Positions 12,410-28,538 of a stretch of DNA of 64,000 bases are shown here, piece after piece. Both the position numbers and the translations under genes were made by a program. This stretch comes from Tubiluchus corallicola. Taxonomy: Eukaryota > Animalia > Priapulida. Location: positions 16,281-80,280 of the forward strand of contig JAQGDQ010000268.1 of the NCBI GenBank assembly GCA_030141605.1. The letters run 5' to 3'. Every line of letters starts with the position of its first letter. The first letter of the stretch is position 1. The notes under the pieces were generated by a model. That model was given only the letters and a program-made list of their open reading frames with translations. It did no database searches and was not told the DNA's origin.

Positions 12410-13971
12410 GGAGTAAAATTGAAAGTATTCTGGACAATAAGATAAAGAACATGACTGGAAACATATTTCGAACTAAAGCAGCTACTTTATTTGATGTTGT
12501 AAAAGCTGGCAATCTAGTTGCATGTGAGGAGTTTCTTGAGACCCTTGGATCTACGGAAGTGTGCAATCTGGATGACAAAGGATACACACCCGTTCACTGG
12601 GTTTGTCTGGGTGGACACACTTCACTGTTGTACTGTTTCATTAAACATGATTTGCCCATTAACATTCCAGGCAAGAACAACATTGGAGCATGTCCTATTC
12701 ACTGGGCTTGTGTTAATGGTCACATAGCAGTTGTGGATATGCTCTTGCAGAATGGGGTGCCAGTTGATACGTGTGACAAGAAAGGTTGTTCTCCTCTCAT
12801 TGTTGCATGTCAGTATGGTCACTCAGTTCTAGCAGGATATCTGATGGGTCAAAGTGCTCGTTTGTCGCTCACTGATAAAGATGGAGACAACGCTTTGCAC
12901 TGGGCTGCATTCAAAGGAAACATTGACTGTACGCGTTTACTTATCTATTCTGGTTTCAGTCCGTATCAGAAAGACAGTTATGGTCAGACACCTCTGCATC
13001 TGGCTTCTATAAATGGCAGCCTCGATACAGTCAAAGAATTATGTAAGCTTGATGGTGTTGAAATTGATGTGAAGGATAAAAATGGTAGAACTCCTATGGA
13101 ATTGGCCAAGTGTCGAGGTCATGAGGAAATACTTTTTTTTCTGGAGATTGAACACAATCGTCGAAAAAACCTTGTTTCTAAAATCTTTAGTCGGGGTAAT
13201 TCATCTGAAAATAGCATAGGGCCATTATTAATTTTTATCTTTGGTGCCATAGGCTATGGATATCCTATGTACATTTTATGGGTTGCTCCAGCAACTTGGA
13301 GAGCCATGACTACTTTGCATATTACCTTTTTATTATCTAATTTTGCCATGTGGTTCTGTCTTTTTCGTGCACATTCTGTCAACCCAGGATTCTTGCCAAG
13401 AGACACTGATGCCTATCATTATGCAGTTAAACAGGTGGCTCACTACAGCTCTTGGAAGAATAACGAAAAGAACCCTCTTGAACATTTGTGTCATACATGT
13501 CGCTTGGTGAAGCCGATGCGCAGCAAACATTGCAAGTTCTGTCAGAGTTGTGTGCTCAACTTCGATCATCACTGCCCCTACATCTATAACTGTGTAGGAT
13601 TAAACAATAGGGTGTGGTTCTTCTTCTTCTTATGTACAACCACTTACAATTTGAATTTAGCTACTTACTGGTCGTGGGAGCTATGGAATTTAGAAGGACA
13701 GTACTGGCTAAACATCATTAACTTTGGCATGGCAGTGCTGTTCTCACTCCTCTGCTGCACATTGGTCATTGGCATGGTTTATGGGATTGTGTGTAATCTT
13801 ACAACAAACGAGACGTACAACTATAAGCGCTATGATTACTTAAAAGATGAAAATGGAAAGTTTCATAATCCGTTCCATAGAGGCTTTTTTGGCAATGTGA
13901 GAGAATTCTTTCATTGTCTCCCTGCATCTAAGCAGGCTGCAATTTCAATCAGAAACTTACGTACAGTGTAA
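12410..13971 (+). CDS. Ankyrin-repeat DHHC palmitoyltransferase (ZDHHC17/13, HIP14/Patsas-like)
   Basis: One long open exon follows the acceptor ttttgttcttag (AG at 12408-12409). The first in-exon ATG is at 12451 (506 aa); an upstream ATG microexon is possible at 10866-10869. The protein has about 6 ankyrin repeats (GYTPVHW, ACPIHWAC, GCSPLIVAC, GDNALHWAA, GQTPLHLAS, GRTPMELA), four hydrophobic segments, the DHHC cysteine-rich domain (CHTCRLVKPMRSKHCKFCQSCVLNFDHHCPYIYNCVG), a TTxE motif (NLTTNE) and a PaCCT-like NPFHRGFFGNVREFF. Confidence 0.93.
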
Positions 13972-14522
13972 GAGATTTTGGTGAAATGATATACTGTATG
14001 AATATGCATAATGTACCTTCACCAAATTGATGCATATATGACAGAATACGTGTTCTTCCCACCAATCACATAGAGCACTGCTAATATAAATAAGTGAAAT
14101 AGATTTTATTTTCATTCACCTTTGCCAACAAATTAAGAAGCAGCAGATGTTCACGGAGGTGTTGCACTGTTTTTACTCGTGTAGCTGTTGTGTTAACAGT
14201 AAATGCCAAAAATAACTGTGATACACATAATTAATATATATAATATTTATTTATTCATGTGTTTGTGCATGTCTTTATGTCAGCATTTATATACAAGATG
14301 CTGTGTCACTCATAAATATTATAAAACAAGTGTTATGTATTTATTCTTACAAACAAACTTATGTGATCTTGTTTAAAACCTGAGAGCAAATAAGCATATC
14401 CAGTCTGCAAAATGCAGAATTAAAAAATAAGCCATTTCTATTTCTTCACTCACTTGTCATGAGTAAAGGATAAAGTGAACAATTATTAAAGTTTTTGTAT
14501 CATAGTCTACTGAACATAAACT

Positions 14523-14560
14523 TATCACAGGTCCAGTCAAACTAATCACAGGTCCAGTCA
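14523..14560 (+). repeat. Short tandem duplication (atcacaggtccagtca x2, 21-bp period)
   Basis: Read directly from the sequence. Confidence 0.7.
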
Positions 14561-15840
14561 TATCTGACTAAATCATCAAAAGTCAACAGCTGAAGCTTAT
14601 GAACTCTGTACTGACTAGTGTCGAAAAGTAATTACATTTTTTGTGTGCTTTTTGTTAAAATCTTATTTTGTATACTTCGATATATGCTCGTAACAACTAG
14701 GGCTAACATATATTATTTACAAAGTTGTACTTTGTGCATATGGTGAACTCCTTTGTGTTTTCTCAGTTACTGTACTCATCTCATCTTAATTACAGTGTTA
14801 GGTCATTAATAATTTTGTACATGTTGCTTTGATACCATATGCCTCTATTGTAAACATTATCCTGTAACATTGTGCAAAGCTTTATGGTGTTATTTATTTT
14901 CAAGAAAAACTTACCTGTAGACTGTTGCTCTCTTAATGAAACTAAAATGTTTAATTGTTTATTTTTAGAAGTTTCCAATTCAAATCTTTACAGTTTTTTT
15001 ATTAATATACAACTGAAAAATTAAGTTTTTGTATAATAAATTAGTAGTTACGTAATAGGCCTGCACTACCTTATGTGTGTGGCCTGTATGCCTTAACCTT
15101 TCTCTAAAAACTAGTTTAGCCAGAATGGAGAGAGAACATATCAAGTGACAGAAATCTTGGGAAATAAATACCTCCATGCATTAAGTGTACTATGACTAAT
15201 ACATAGCACAAAGGTGGTTAGAAAAATGGCTGTGTATAAAATTTTGACTAAAACAATTGGGAAGGAGAGCTGGTGGTGTGTATCTGTAATAAGCGTATTT
15301 TCTTTACCAGAACTATTTATTACATTACTTATACCAAAGAAAATAATTAATTTCATCATAGTTATTGGGCAAAAATTGAGTCATTTGCAAGTCAGACATC
15401 TTTAGTTGGTGTCTCGGTTTTTTATTTCAGGGGTCCGGACAAAATGATAAGCAACACAACGACTTTCTTAGTTGTTTTCTTCATAAGTTGTGACTACATA
15501 ATGCAGAAAGCAACACCGCTTTTTAATAATTTTAACAATAGACAATTGAAATTAAACTCTGAATTGCCACCAACAATATGAACTCTAAAAATAACCCCGA
15601 AATTTGCCTTCGTTTAATTAGAAAACTTTGCATGATATGATTTTTCGAAGCATTCAGTGCCAATGCCAAGCATGCAATTGAATAAATAACTTTAATAATT
15701 ATCTCCCGTAGTGACATGTAGTTAGGTCATTTATATATTGTACGGGTATACTTTTATGAAAGGTACTGTATTTCATTACTTTGTTGCACGAGTAAATTAT
15801 ATATTTTATCATTTAAAATTCTCAGGAACCTTAACCCAAT

Positions 15841-18800
15841 ATGGCTTCTGAAGCAACAACTGAGAACCAAAGCGAGTGTGTGTCTGAATCAATGGAAGAC
15901 GAACTTTCCGACAATGATGATGACAACAATGAAATTGATGAGGATGTTGATGGGGAAGAAGCACGTTCATCACCTAGAGCAGGTAGCAACCTCAACAGAT
16001 GTGTTCTTCACTGCTGTTGATATCAAAAATAATTCACAAAAATCAGGAATGTCCTGTTTTGTACTGCTTTTTTAACATTTTTGTCATACTACTGAGCCTA
16101 CACTCAACTGTATGTACCGAACTCTACAGAAGAGTGAAGTAGTAGGTCATGGAAAACTGCATCAATTTGTCTTACTGTCTGTGACACAGTTACAGAGCAT
16201 TTATGTAATTTGGCATAGGACATGGGCAAGGCCAAGCTATGCTTAATTTATGTGTGCACTGAAATTTTTAGTGGATGAATAATTTTTGAATACTTGTTGT
16301 TGGCTGTTACTTTGTTATGATTTGTATGCATGAGCTACAACATGGGCAATGGGCCATAAACTCTTCACTAGTGGCATTTCATATACACATAATTTGAAAT
16401 TAAATAAAATGCTACATAAGGAGGAGTGTACAGCCCATAGTTCACAAGTGTTGTCACTTATTTTTTGTATATCATTATCATTTCGAGGCAGGACTTGACA
16501 ATATATGGGAATTTATGATCTAGTTATCCAGATCCGAGACGAGACCTACTATTAGTAGAAAATTCCACATTAAAGAAAATAAAAGAAGCATTGTGTATCT
16601 TATTTCTTTATTGTGCGATTGTTGTTATTTAAACCTGTTCTCGTCATTAACTGTTGTCTGAAAGCAAACTCGCAAGCGTGAACTACTTTACGAGTTACTG
16701 TCGGCAAGTTATTGCAAACTCTCCAAAATTTGCTGAGAGTTCATTTCTTGCAAGTGTGAATGCATTGGCGAGTTACTCTGGACACTTCTCAGAGTGGATA
16801 GAGACCAGAGTATCAGTTCACGCTTGCAGTCAGAGAGTAACTTACTCTCTAGTCTGAACACACTTGCAAACTGCTTGGCAAGAAAACTCGCTTGTCTGAA
16901 TACACCATAAGAACTGTTTCCATATTATGCGTCCTGTTTACATGAATATGTTGTGTTCTACTTTTTCTCTTAATTTTAAAAGTGGCAATACTATTACCGT
17001 AATACATACTTATCAGAGTGAGACAAACATAGCAGAATAATGCAATGTTATATTGGCATTGTATTCGGTACCTGACCCTCATATGATAGCAGAATTGTTT
17101 TGCTCATTTTGGTTAAATGCTCGTGTATGTTCCTAATTCTTTAACACATATTACAAACACAATTATTTTGCAACAAATTCATGTATGTTATAGGAAAGGA
17201 ATTGAAAGAAAAACTAAACTTTGTTATAAGTTACTCCATCTACAAGACGCTTAATCCTAAACTGTATGCATATAAAAGAGCCGCATACAACTAGTGATAC
17301 AAATAAATTAAACTTGCTCTCTCATCTGACTTTATTTATGCTACTTAAGTAGAGATGTGTAATAGTATAAAAACAGCGAACTTAAAGTCATTTACCTAAG
17401 GAGGTCTAGTTTTTCTTTAGTTAAAAACCTGTACTACGTTTATTCACATCTTATACTATTCCAAACAAACAATCCACGATTAAATTTTTGAATTTCCAAT
17501 TTTAAAATTTTTTGTGTTTGGAAGGGTGTTTGGAAAAACACAGTGTAGCCCTATATTCTGGAAGGTACCCTGTCGAAAAACTTGAAAGAACTTTCTCTTT
17601 TTTCCAGGAGGTGGCAGAGGTGTCACACTGACAATGTTAATGAAAGATGGAATTATAGAGCCTGGACCAGGAGCAATGACGGTCAGTTACCTTGGTCAGC
17701 GATTTGTGGGTGACCTGCTAGATGACGGGTCCATTCAACTGCAGACAACTAAAGAAAACTTTAATTCACCTAGTGCGTGGGCCATACACTGTAAAAAATT
17801 AGTTAATCCTACAAAGCGCAGCGGCTGTGGTTGGGGTTCTGTCAAGTACAGAGGTCGTAAACTCGACACTTACAAGATGATGTGGTTCAACAAACAAAAA
17901 CCATCTGATGGGAGGGAAATAAGGAAGCCACAACCCCATGTGATGCAACAGAAAGCAAAAGAGGAGGCAGCCAAGGCAGCTTTCAGTGATGCGGAAGTGA
18001 AGCCAGAACCGGAGAATCTGCCAAAATCTCCGAAAATAGAGAATGATCCTATTCCTAGGAAAACTCCTATTGCATATGCTAACCTAGGACCCAGGAGCAG
18101 TGATTTAAATCAGAACTCACAAGTTGAATGCATCACTTTTCAATCTCTGGGCAAATTGCAGCCATACACAATTACAATCTCAACAAACTGTCTCTTTTTG
18201 GTTGACTTCCATTCCCACCTGACTACCAGCGAAGTTGTCGGATACCTTGCGGGGACATGGGACCCCCTTGTTCATCGTTTGTCTGTTCAGAGAGCGTTTC
18301 CGTGCCGATGTCGGCTTGCTGATAAAGAGAATGCACTCATTGTTGAAGAAGAAATCCGGCAGCACATGTCAAAGACGAACTTAAGTTTGGTGGGTTGGTA
18401 TCACAATCATCCAACACAGTGTTCTCAACCTACTCTAAAGGATATTGACTCCCAGTTAGATTATCAAGTGAAGCTCAATCTAACGAAATACCACCCATGT
18501 ATAGGACTAATTTGTTCCCCATTTGATCCATTTCAACATTCCACGGAGTCGTCTATAACTGTCTTCATGGCTATGCCTCCGGAAATGAAGTCCAGTTCAT
18601 ATGGCATGCCAATGTCTTTGAACTACAGCACTGTACCCGATTCGTACCTTTCTCAAGATTTGCTGAATGAATTGAAATGGTTAACAGATTTTTACTATGG
18701 TGCAACAGATTTGGTGGACTTTTCTAAGATTTGGCACAAGGAAAGCACATTTTTGGACAAAATGAAAAAATCTCTAAGTAAGAAATTACCTCAAGATCAG

Positions 18801-18863
18801 ACTGATGCAAGACTGCTAGAATTGGTGGGTCAGCTTGTTTCTCAAATGCATGGAGAAACTTAG
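15841..18863 (+). CDS. MPND: MPN domain-containing protein (RAMA + MPN/JAMM), 465 aa
   Basis: join(15841..15982,17608..18863). The acidic N-terminus (MASEATTENQSE…DNDDDNNEIDEDVDGEE) splices in phase 1 to GGGRGVTLTMLMKDGIIEPG. RAMA domain: YLGQRFVGDLLDDG…FNSPSAWAIHCKKLVNPTKRSGCGWGSVKYRGRKLDTYK. MPN domain: DFHSHLTTSEVVGYLAG…AFPC…GWYHNHP…PTLKDID. Confidence 0.93.
16660..16906. mobile_element. MITE-like remnant in the MPND intron
   Basis: Internal inverted pair gcaagcgtgaac (16672) / gttcacgcttgc (16816), and repeated gcaag/actcgc/gagttact units typical of repetitive MITE arms. Confidence 0.4.
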
Positions 18864-20687
18864 ACAACTTACAAAGTAATTCCAGTTCCTTTGAATTATT
18901 TCTGGCAGTTGTCTTCAAGACTGTGTTTCCTCAATTTTTCACCATGTGTTGAGAGTTGTGACTACTGAATAAAGGTAACATAAATGGGCAATTATATATT
19001 ACCCATACAAACACTTGTGTTATAATTACTGCACATGTATTTATTTTTATTTATGTACACATGACATAACTATACTAAAAGACTTGGAACTAAGCAGTGA
19101 TGCTGAAAGCATAATAAAAGTACTGTCTCATTGCAGTTAGCTATTTATTATTTATTTAAAGCACAGCAAAGAAATTGTGGTTAACGTGAGCTTTTTTTAT
19201 TTTACATTTTTTAATTATTATGTACAGTGTAGTCCATTATAAATTCATACTTGTAAATAGCCTTAGAATTTAGTGTAGCATAAAAATTGTGGTGTTTAGC
19301 AATGTACTGTGATTTACATTTTACATCATTAACTGTCGACTAAAACTGAACAAAGATATTAGCGAGTTTATTAGTTTGAGGTATTTCATCGAGGAATGGT
19401 TGGGCATGTATGTTATTGCAAGAAATAAAAATATGTAATTTTGAACTTGTTTTGACAAGAAATAGGATGGCTGAACTGCAAATTTTACCAAAATTAGAGA
19501 CACTGAAATGTGGTACATTTCTAAAAAGTACAACACTTATATATCTTGTGCGAAGTTGTTACTTTAGTGGTCAGCCAGATAGAAGTTAGCTAAAAGGAAG
19601 CTTAACACATCACATAATTTCTATCAAAGTCAAGTCTTTTAACATGTGTAATGGAGAAGTATGACAAACACACAAACATGGGGAGAAAATTAACTCATTG
19701 GATTCACAACTAAGCATTATTAATGGCAACATTTCATTGCCTCCAGGTATTCTACTACTGTGAAAATAGATGGAAGAGCTAATGCATTTTAAGGACGGTG
19801 CTAATAATAGCAAGTATAAAAATTCAGATGTTCAAATGTTTTAATAACGGTGTTAATGCCGCACATCCTAAAATACTTTAGTACATACACACTGCATTTA
19901 GGGCATTAAATTTATGGGAAAACGAGTCTTTTGAGGGTCACTGTGTCCAGTCACTGGTCATTAAGTTGGACATTACTGTATTATCGTACTGTACATACAA
20001 AATGATTATAATAAAAACAATAGTAACTTACATAACTTTATTTACGAATTAAAAATAATGATGTATAATTATTTATTAATGTAACAAAATTTTAAGTTTA
20101 TAATACATGTGAATCCACTCTGAATCTAGGACTTATCAGATATTGTACATAGTGTGCCAAAAGCTAATAATATCTGTAGGAAAAACTTAGTAATACGTAG
20201 TCTGAGAATATCCTGTACTTTGTCATGTTGACTTTAATACAAGTATGAAGATACACCAACATTTTTCAAAACTAGAAATGCAGATTTGTGCACCGATGCA
20301 AAAACTTCTAGCCTAAGAAAGCTTAGTCAAAAAAATTAGTTTTAAAAAAATGAATATTATGCAACTTATAGTATTTAGGCAAGGTAGTCTACAAAAACAG
20401 CAATATCAAATGGAGAATTTTGCTTTTTAGCCAGTATAATGAAATTCATTTTAGTCAAAATGTGAAAGCTGATTTTAAATTTACAAGTTAAAAATTAAAA
20501 TACATAAATTTTAGCTACTGTAGTGCATATATATATATATATATACTACCTAAAGCAGTAACAAAAATACAAGTATGCATTTTCCCAAATATTTTTCACT
20601 GTACACCACCATAAGCCAGAATATTTGTACTTCTTCCAAATAAGCTGCAGAAATGTAAAGAAGTCACTTGTACTGCATTTGTGAGAA

Positions 20688-24185
<3,498 letters not shown>

Positions 24186-24495
24186 TATCTAGCAAAAATA
24201 AATAAATGTTTCATTCCCTTTTCTATATTATTTTATTTTTACTTGCGTTTACGTTTATTTTGTAAATAACAGAGACAAAAAACTATTTACTTACTTACTT
24301 TAAATAAGTACATATGTCACTGCCTTGTCTCAATTTATACTATATAATAGTTTTACAAGTTTTTACAAGTTGCAGCTGTATTAAACACTACCCTGTTGAC
24401 CAAAATAAGGAAACTTTATAATTTAAAAATCAAAGCATGAATTAGGCCTGTAGACCTGCCTTGTATTTTAATTTATAACTTATCTGGCTAAAATT

Positions 24496-24653
24496 TACAA
24501 TTCCCCACACACAAAAAATAGTTTGTGAAGCAGATTATGATTAAGGTTTGGGTCAGGGTTACGATTTTGGTTAGAGTTGGGGTTAGGATTAGGGTGGGTT
24601 AGGGTTAGGGCTGGGATTAGGGTTAGGGTATTTAAATTTTGTGGAGAATTGTA
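24496..24653. repeat. Small inverted-repeat element with degenerate TTAGGG telomere-like repeats, in SEC61G intron 1
   Basis: tacaattccccaca… / …tgtggagaattgta flank ggttagggttagggctgggattagggttaggg (about 24541-24629). Confidence 0.65.
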
Positions 24654-25057
24654 CACTCCTTCCATTTTTCATAGACAATAACATACATCATCATCATTAG
24701 TATATAAACGGGCAACAGTTAAAGGTAAACAAACGTTTAACCATAGAAAGCTATATTACTTGGAAATTATTTTAGACACCTGAGTTGCTAACTGCCATTA
24801 CTATTATCAATCCAGAATTATCAAACCCCAAACTTCTACTGAGTCGAAAAATACTTTTTAGAACAATATTGTTAAAGACTTCAAAAATTTAATTTCCTAA
24901 TTGGATTTAGATGCTATATCTAATAAACACTCAAGATTATTATCCACAAGTACTTTTGCAAAATACCTGATGTTACTATAGAATTATATCCAATCACGAA
25001 AAAACTTACGATGAAAATCTAACTTGCAAATAACAATAAATTTTCAATCACAGCAGC

Positions 25058-25065
25058 TGACGTGG
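25058..25065 (+). promoter_or_regulatory. UPRE-type (XBP1/ATF6) element TGACGTGG at the SEC61G start region
   Basis: Exact TGACGTGG about 50 nt upstream of the predicted exon-1 donor. A YY1-like CGCCATCT is at 25111. Confidence 0.5.
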
Positions 25066-26158
25066 AGGAAATGTACCGAAATACTGACGGAAGAAAAACC
25101 ACTAGAAATACGCCATCTGTTGACGGATGTTAAAATTAGAAATCGTACAGTCACTACCAAGCTCCAGCTCAGTAAAAAGCATTATTATTTTTTTTATATA
25201 GTTGCCCCTACGAACTGGGCAATTACAGAACTATTGATTGATTTAATCTGTACGTTTGTCTACCTGTCTGCCTGCTCGTGAGTGGAATTCACTAACTTCT
25301 TTAGGTCATGTCTCCATCTTAAATACCTGGCAACATACCTGCTCCGCGATCCTACCATCATATCATCAACTCTTCCATATAAAATGTAGGTAAGCGAGGT
25401 GTGCAAAAAACCCTAATTGGTTGTAAAAAGTTATAATACACTAACAGTTATATTACATTTCAATTACAATAACGATTACTTTGGGAGGCGCTTTCAGACT
25501 TATTTATGAATCTACAGAGAGAATTTCCAACTAAAAGTGCAACGTAGTATGTATCCAGTTCTTTAATTCAATACACAGTTGCCGACCTAAACTTGTTGAC
25601 TGTCTTGGCATTCATATCTGTAATCCTTCGGCATTCTCTGCCATAGTGCAAAGATAGCTATCCCAGCACACCACTGATCAAGAAATCTTCCTCGATGTAG
25701 GAACCAGTGCCCCAGTTATGGCCCATGAAGAGCTCACTGCTCATACTATTCTTGCATTCATTTTCACCAGTCACTTGTTCTACCGATCTTCCATGGTGCA
25801 ATGAGTTGCGTCTTAAAGAGCTCACTGCCCATACTACCTTCATAGTATAATTTTCTCAGATGCCTAATTTTCATAATATCCCCTTTAAGCATCCTAAAAC
25901 GATTCTCCTTATATTAAATGTTTTTAATAAAGCCAAAATTAAAGTTTGGCCTATATTGGTCTGTTTATCTGCCTGACAGTTGGGGGTCTGAGAGCGGCAG
26001 CCCTCTGATAACAAACAAATTGTATATTTTAATGGCAAAAAATTGTTATTTTAAGGACAAATAATTCTGTTTTGAAATTTTAAGTTTTTAGTATTCAAAA
26101 ATGTTTACTCGCTGCTGCACTTACACCTCTTTCTAACTGGATGCAGGTTAATAAGTGA

Positions 26159-26324
26159 TTCTTGCACGACGATTGTTTTTAATAGTTCCTGCCAACAAAT
26201 TTAGTTTACTATAACCACATAAATCTTTCATACACTTTAAGTTCTTGCACGACGATTGTTTTTAATAGTTCCTGCCAACAAATTTAGTTTACTATAACCA
26301 CATAAATCTTTCATGCACTCTAAA
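26159..26324 (+). repeat. Near-perfect tandem duplication, 83-bp period, 2 copies
   Basis: ttcttgcacgacgattgtttttaatagttcctgccaacaaatttagtttactataaccacataaatctttcat occurs at 26159 and again at 26242. Confidence 0.9.
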
Positions 26325-28538
26325 TATATGCTCCTCAATCAATGTACTAATAAAGTTAATTTAGTTTTTAAAATTACAGGCATGTCTGCAAAAGAAAAAC
26401 GTAAACTATCAATACTATTTCTTTTGAATTAATTTTCTGAAATATAAAAAGTATTTTTGAAAGTATTTGCACGTTTGCTTAGTTAAATTACAAAGAATAC
26501 TATACCTTGTGTTTTATTAGACTCATGATTTTTTAGTACAGGTTGCTTTAATTTGGACTTGCTGCATTTATGTGTTAGTATTATTACATGTTAAATTCAG
26601 TACAAGTACGTATAATTAAGTATAAACACTAAGTATTAAATCTATAAGTACAAACATTTTGTTTTAAGACACTTGTCTGCTTACGTGGCTGGTAAATACG
26701 GAGTATGTAGCTTAGAATCGCTCGTAACAGGTATAGACAACATAGATATTTTTCGGGACTCTGCTTCTCTTGTGAAACTTTCTTCCGTGTGCCTATTGGT
26801 ATAGAAATATTACAAAACGAAATACATGAAAGTTGGGCTTAACAATGACTCTGCTGACAACTAACCAATGTAATAAGATGAAAAATCTGTCCAAGCAGAA
26901 GTAGCGTAGCATGACGTGAACAATGAAAAACACATGTCTGTATAATCTGAGAGACTGCTTAGATTTAAGTACTCTACTTCTCAACATAAAGTAATTAGTA
27001 TTCAGCTCATTGATATGCCAGTTTCATGCTTCAGCTTCGTTATTGTTAAATTTTGAAGTTCGTGAAAGTAAACATTCAGCTATAGTAACTGTCAGTTATA
27101 GTAAGAATGACAGTAACAGTTTTGTTAGTAATAGCAGTATTGGCTTTTGCATCAAATGCTTCAATTTTTGATGATTTAATTTAAAAGTCTCCAAATATTC
27201 TCTCTATAATTTCAATTACATTTGCTTACAGGGAAGTTATTTACTTACTTACCTACTTACACAGCAAACCAATTATTTTATGTAATGAATGTATAAACAT
27301 ACAACAGAGAATTTATCATGCTCCTATAGCTAGTGTAGTTGTAAAAACCTGGTGTTTCTTGCATATTGACATTTCAAGCCTTTCTTTCAAACCTGCTTGA
27401 ATGGCATGGTTGTCGAAGTACAAAGTTACAAAACACAAAAACTCTAGAAATGACCTTTTACTGAAGTGCACTAGAAATTCACTGGAACCCAACCCCATCA
27501 AACAGCTGAAAAATACAGCAGAGGCTAAGATGGTCCAAGAGTATGCAAATTATCGGTGCTCAAAACATAAGCTTATAAGACGTATCTGAGTGACGTGTTC
27601 AAGGAACTTGAGCTTGTCTTGTACTGTTACTCATTGTTTTTGTACCGCCCAAGTAAAAAGTGTTATTAAACTGAAAACCACTACCAAGTAGAAAATAATT
27701 AATGGATTCAGAGATGGGATGACGATTAATTGTTAATAATTATTCTTTTTAACGTGGTACGGTATTAAGTTATAATAACAGATTGAGTTTATTATATCTA
27801 TGGTCGCAGTCGACCAATCATTGCACCACAGTTGCGCTAAATAAAGGCGCGCAGCTGCACGTGCTTGAACAAAGATTTCAAAGCGAGGCAGCGTGTTTGT
27901 GGTGAAAAGATGGCGCGTAATAAAGGCGATTGTTCGAAGTAAATAATGTGGATTAAATGTATACGACGAGAGATTGCTAAAACAAGCTAATATTTTCAAG
28001 ACAAGGAACGAGATAAAGGTATTTTTTGGAATTTTGGCATAATTTCAACAGCTTAGTTTAAATGTAGGCTTGAATATTTTGATCCAGGTGTTGTCTTCAC
28101 TTGTTAATGTAAAAGCGCAATAGCATTACCGCTTCTCACTTCCATTTCTAATTTCTTGAAGACGGATGAGATTAGTTTTAGAAAACTATATTTTATTGTT
28201 GGTACGTTACAAATTGAAGAAAAGCAGTAAAAAGCTTGGCAGGAGCTGGCAGTAGACTGAGGCTGCATGGGTTGTTATTGTAGGCCAGGAACACAATAAA
28301 CTTCTGTAGTACGTTTGTACGTATTTTTTAATAATATGTGCATTTTGTACTTTATTAAATTTATTAACTTTTTAAGTTCAGAAACTTTTCAGAAGTAAAT
28401 GTATTGCAATTCTATTATCTTAAAAGCAACATTGAACATAGTAACTGCGTACTCTGAAATGCCTAAGCTCCAAAACAACATATTACTCATTATTAGTTTT
28501 TAAAAGAACAAAAATTAAATTACATGCCCAGTACATCT

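Noticed and set aside
12410-15841. Operon or SL trans-splicing hypothesis, because every start codon is preceded by a nearby acceptor
   Set aside because: Plausible cis donors exist upstream for each gene (8748, 10870, ~15763, 25009, 33022), so non-coding first exons are sufficient. Only 5'-end data could revive the idea.
20100-20650. Alternative last exons for SEC61G (several good acceptors)
   Set aside because: Only the exon starting at 20697 gives the conserved C-terminus IIVGS*.
27400-27680. Possible LTR retrotransposon 3' remnant
   Set aside because: The resemblance is vague, with no identifiable domain, PPT or paired LTR.
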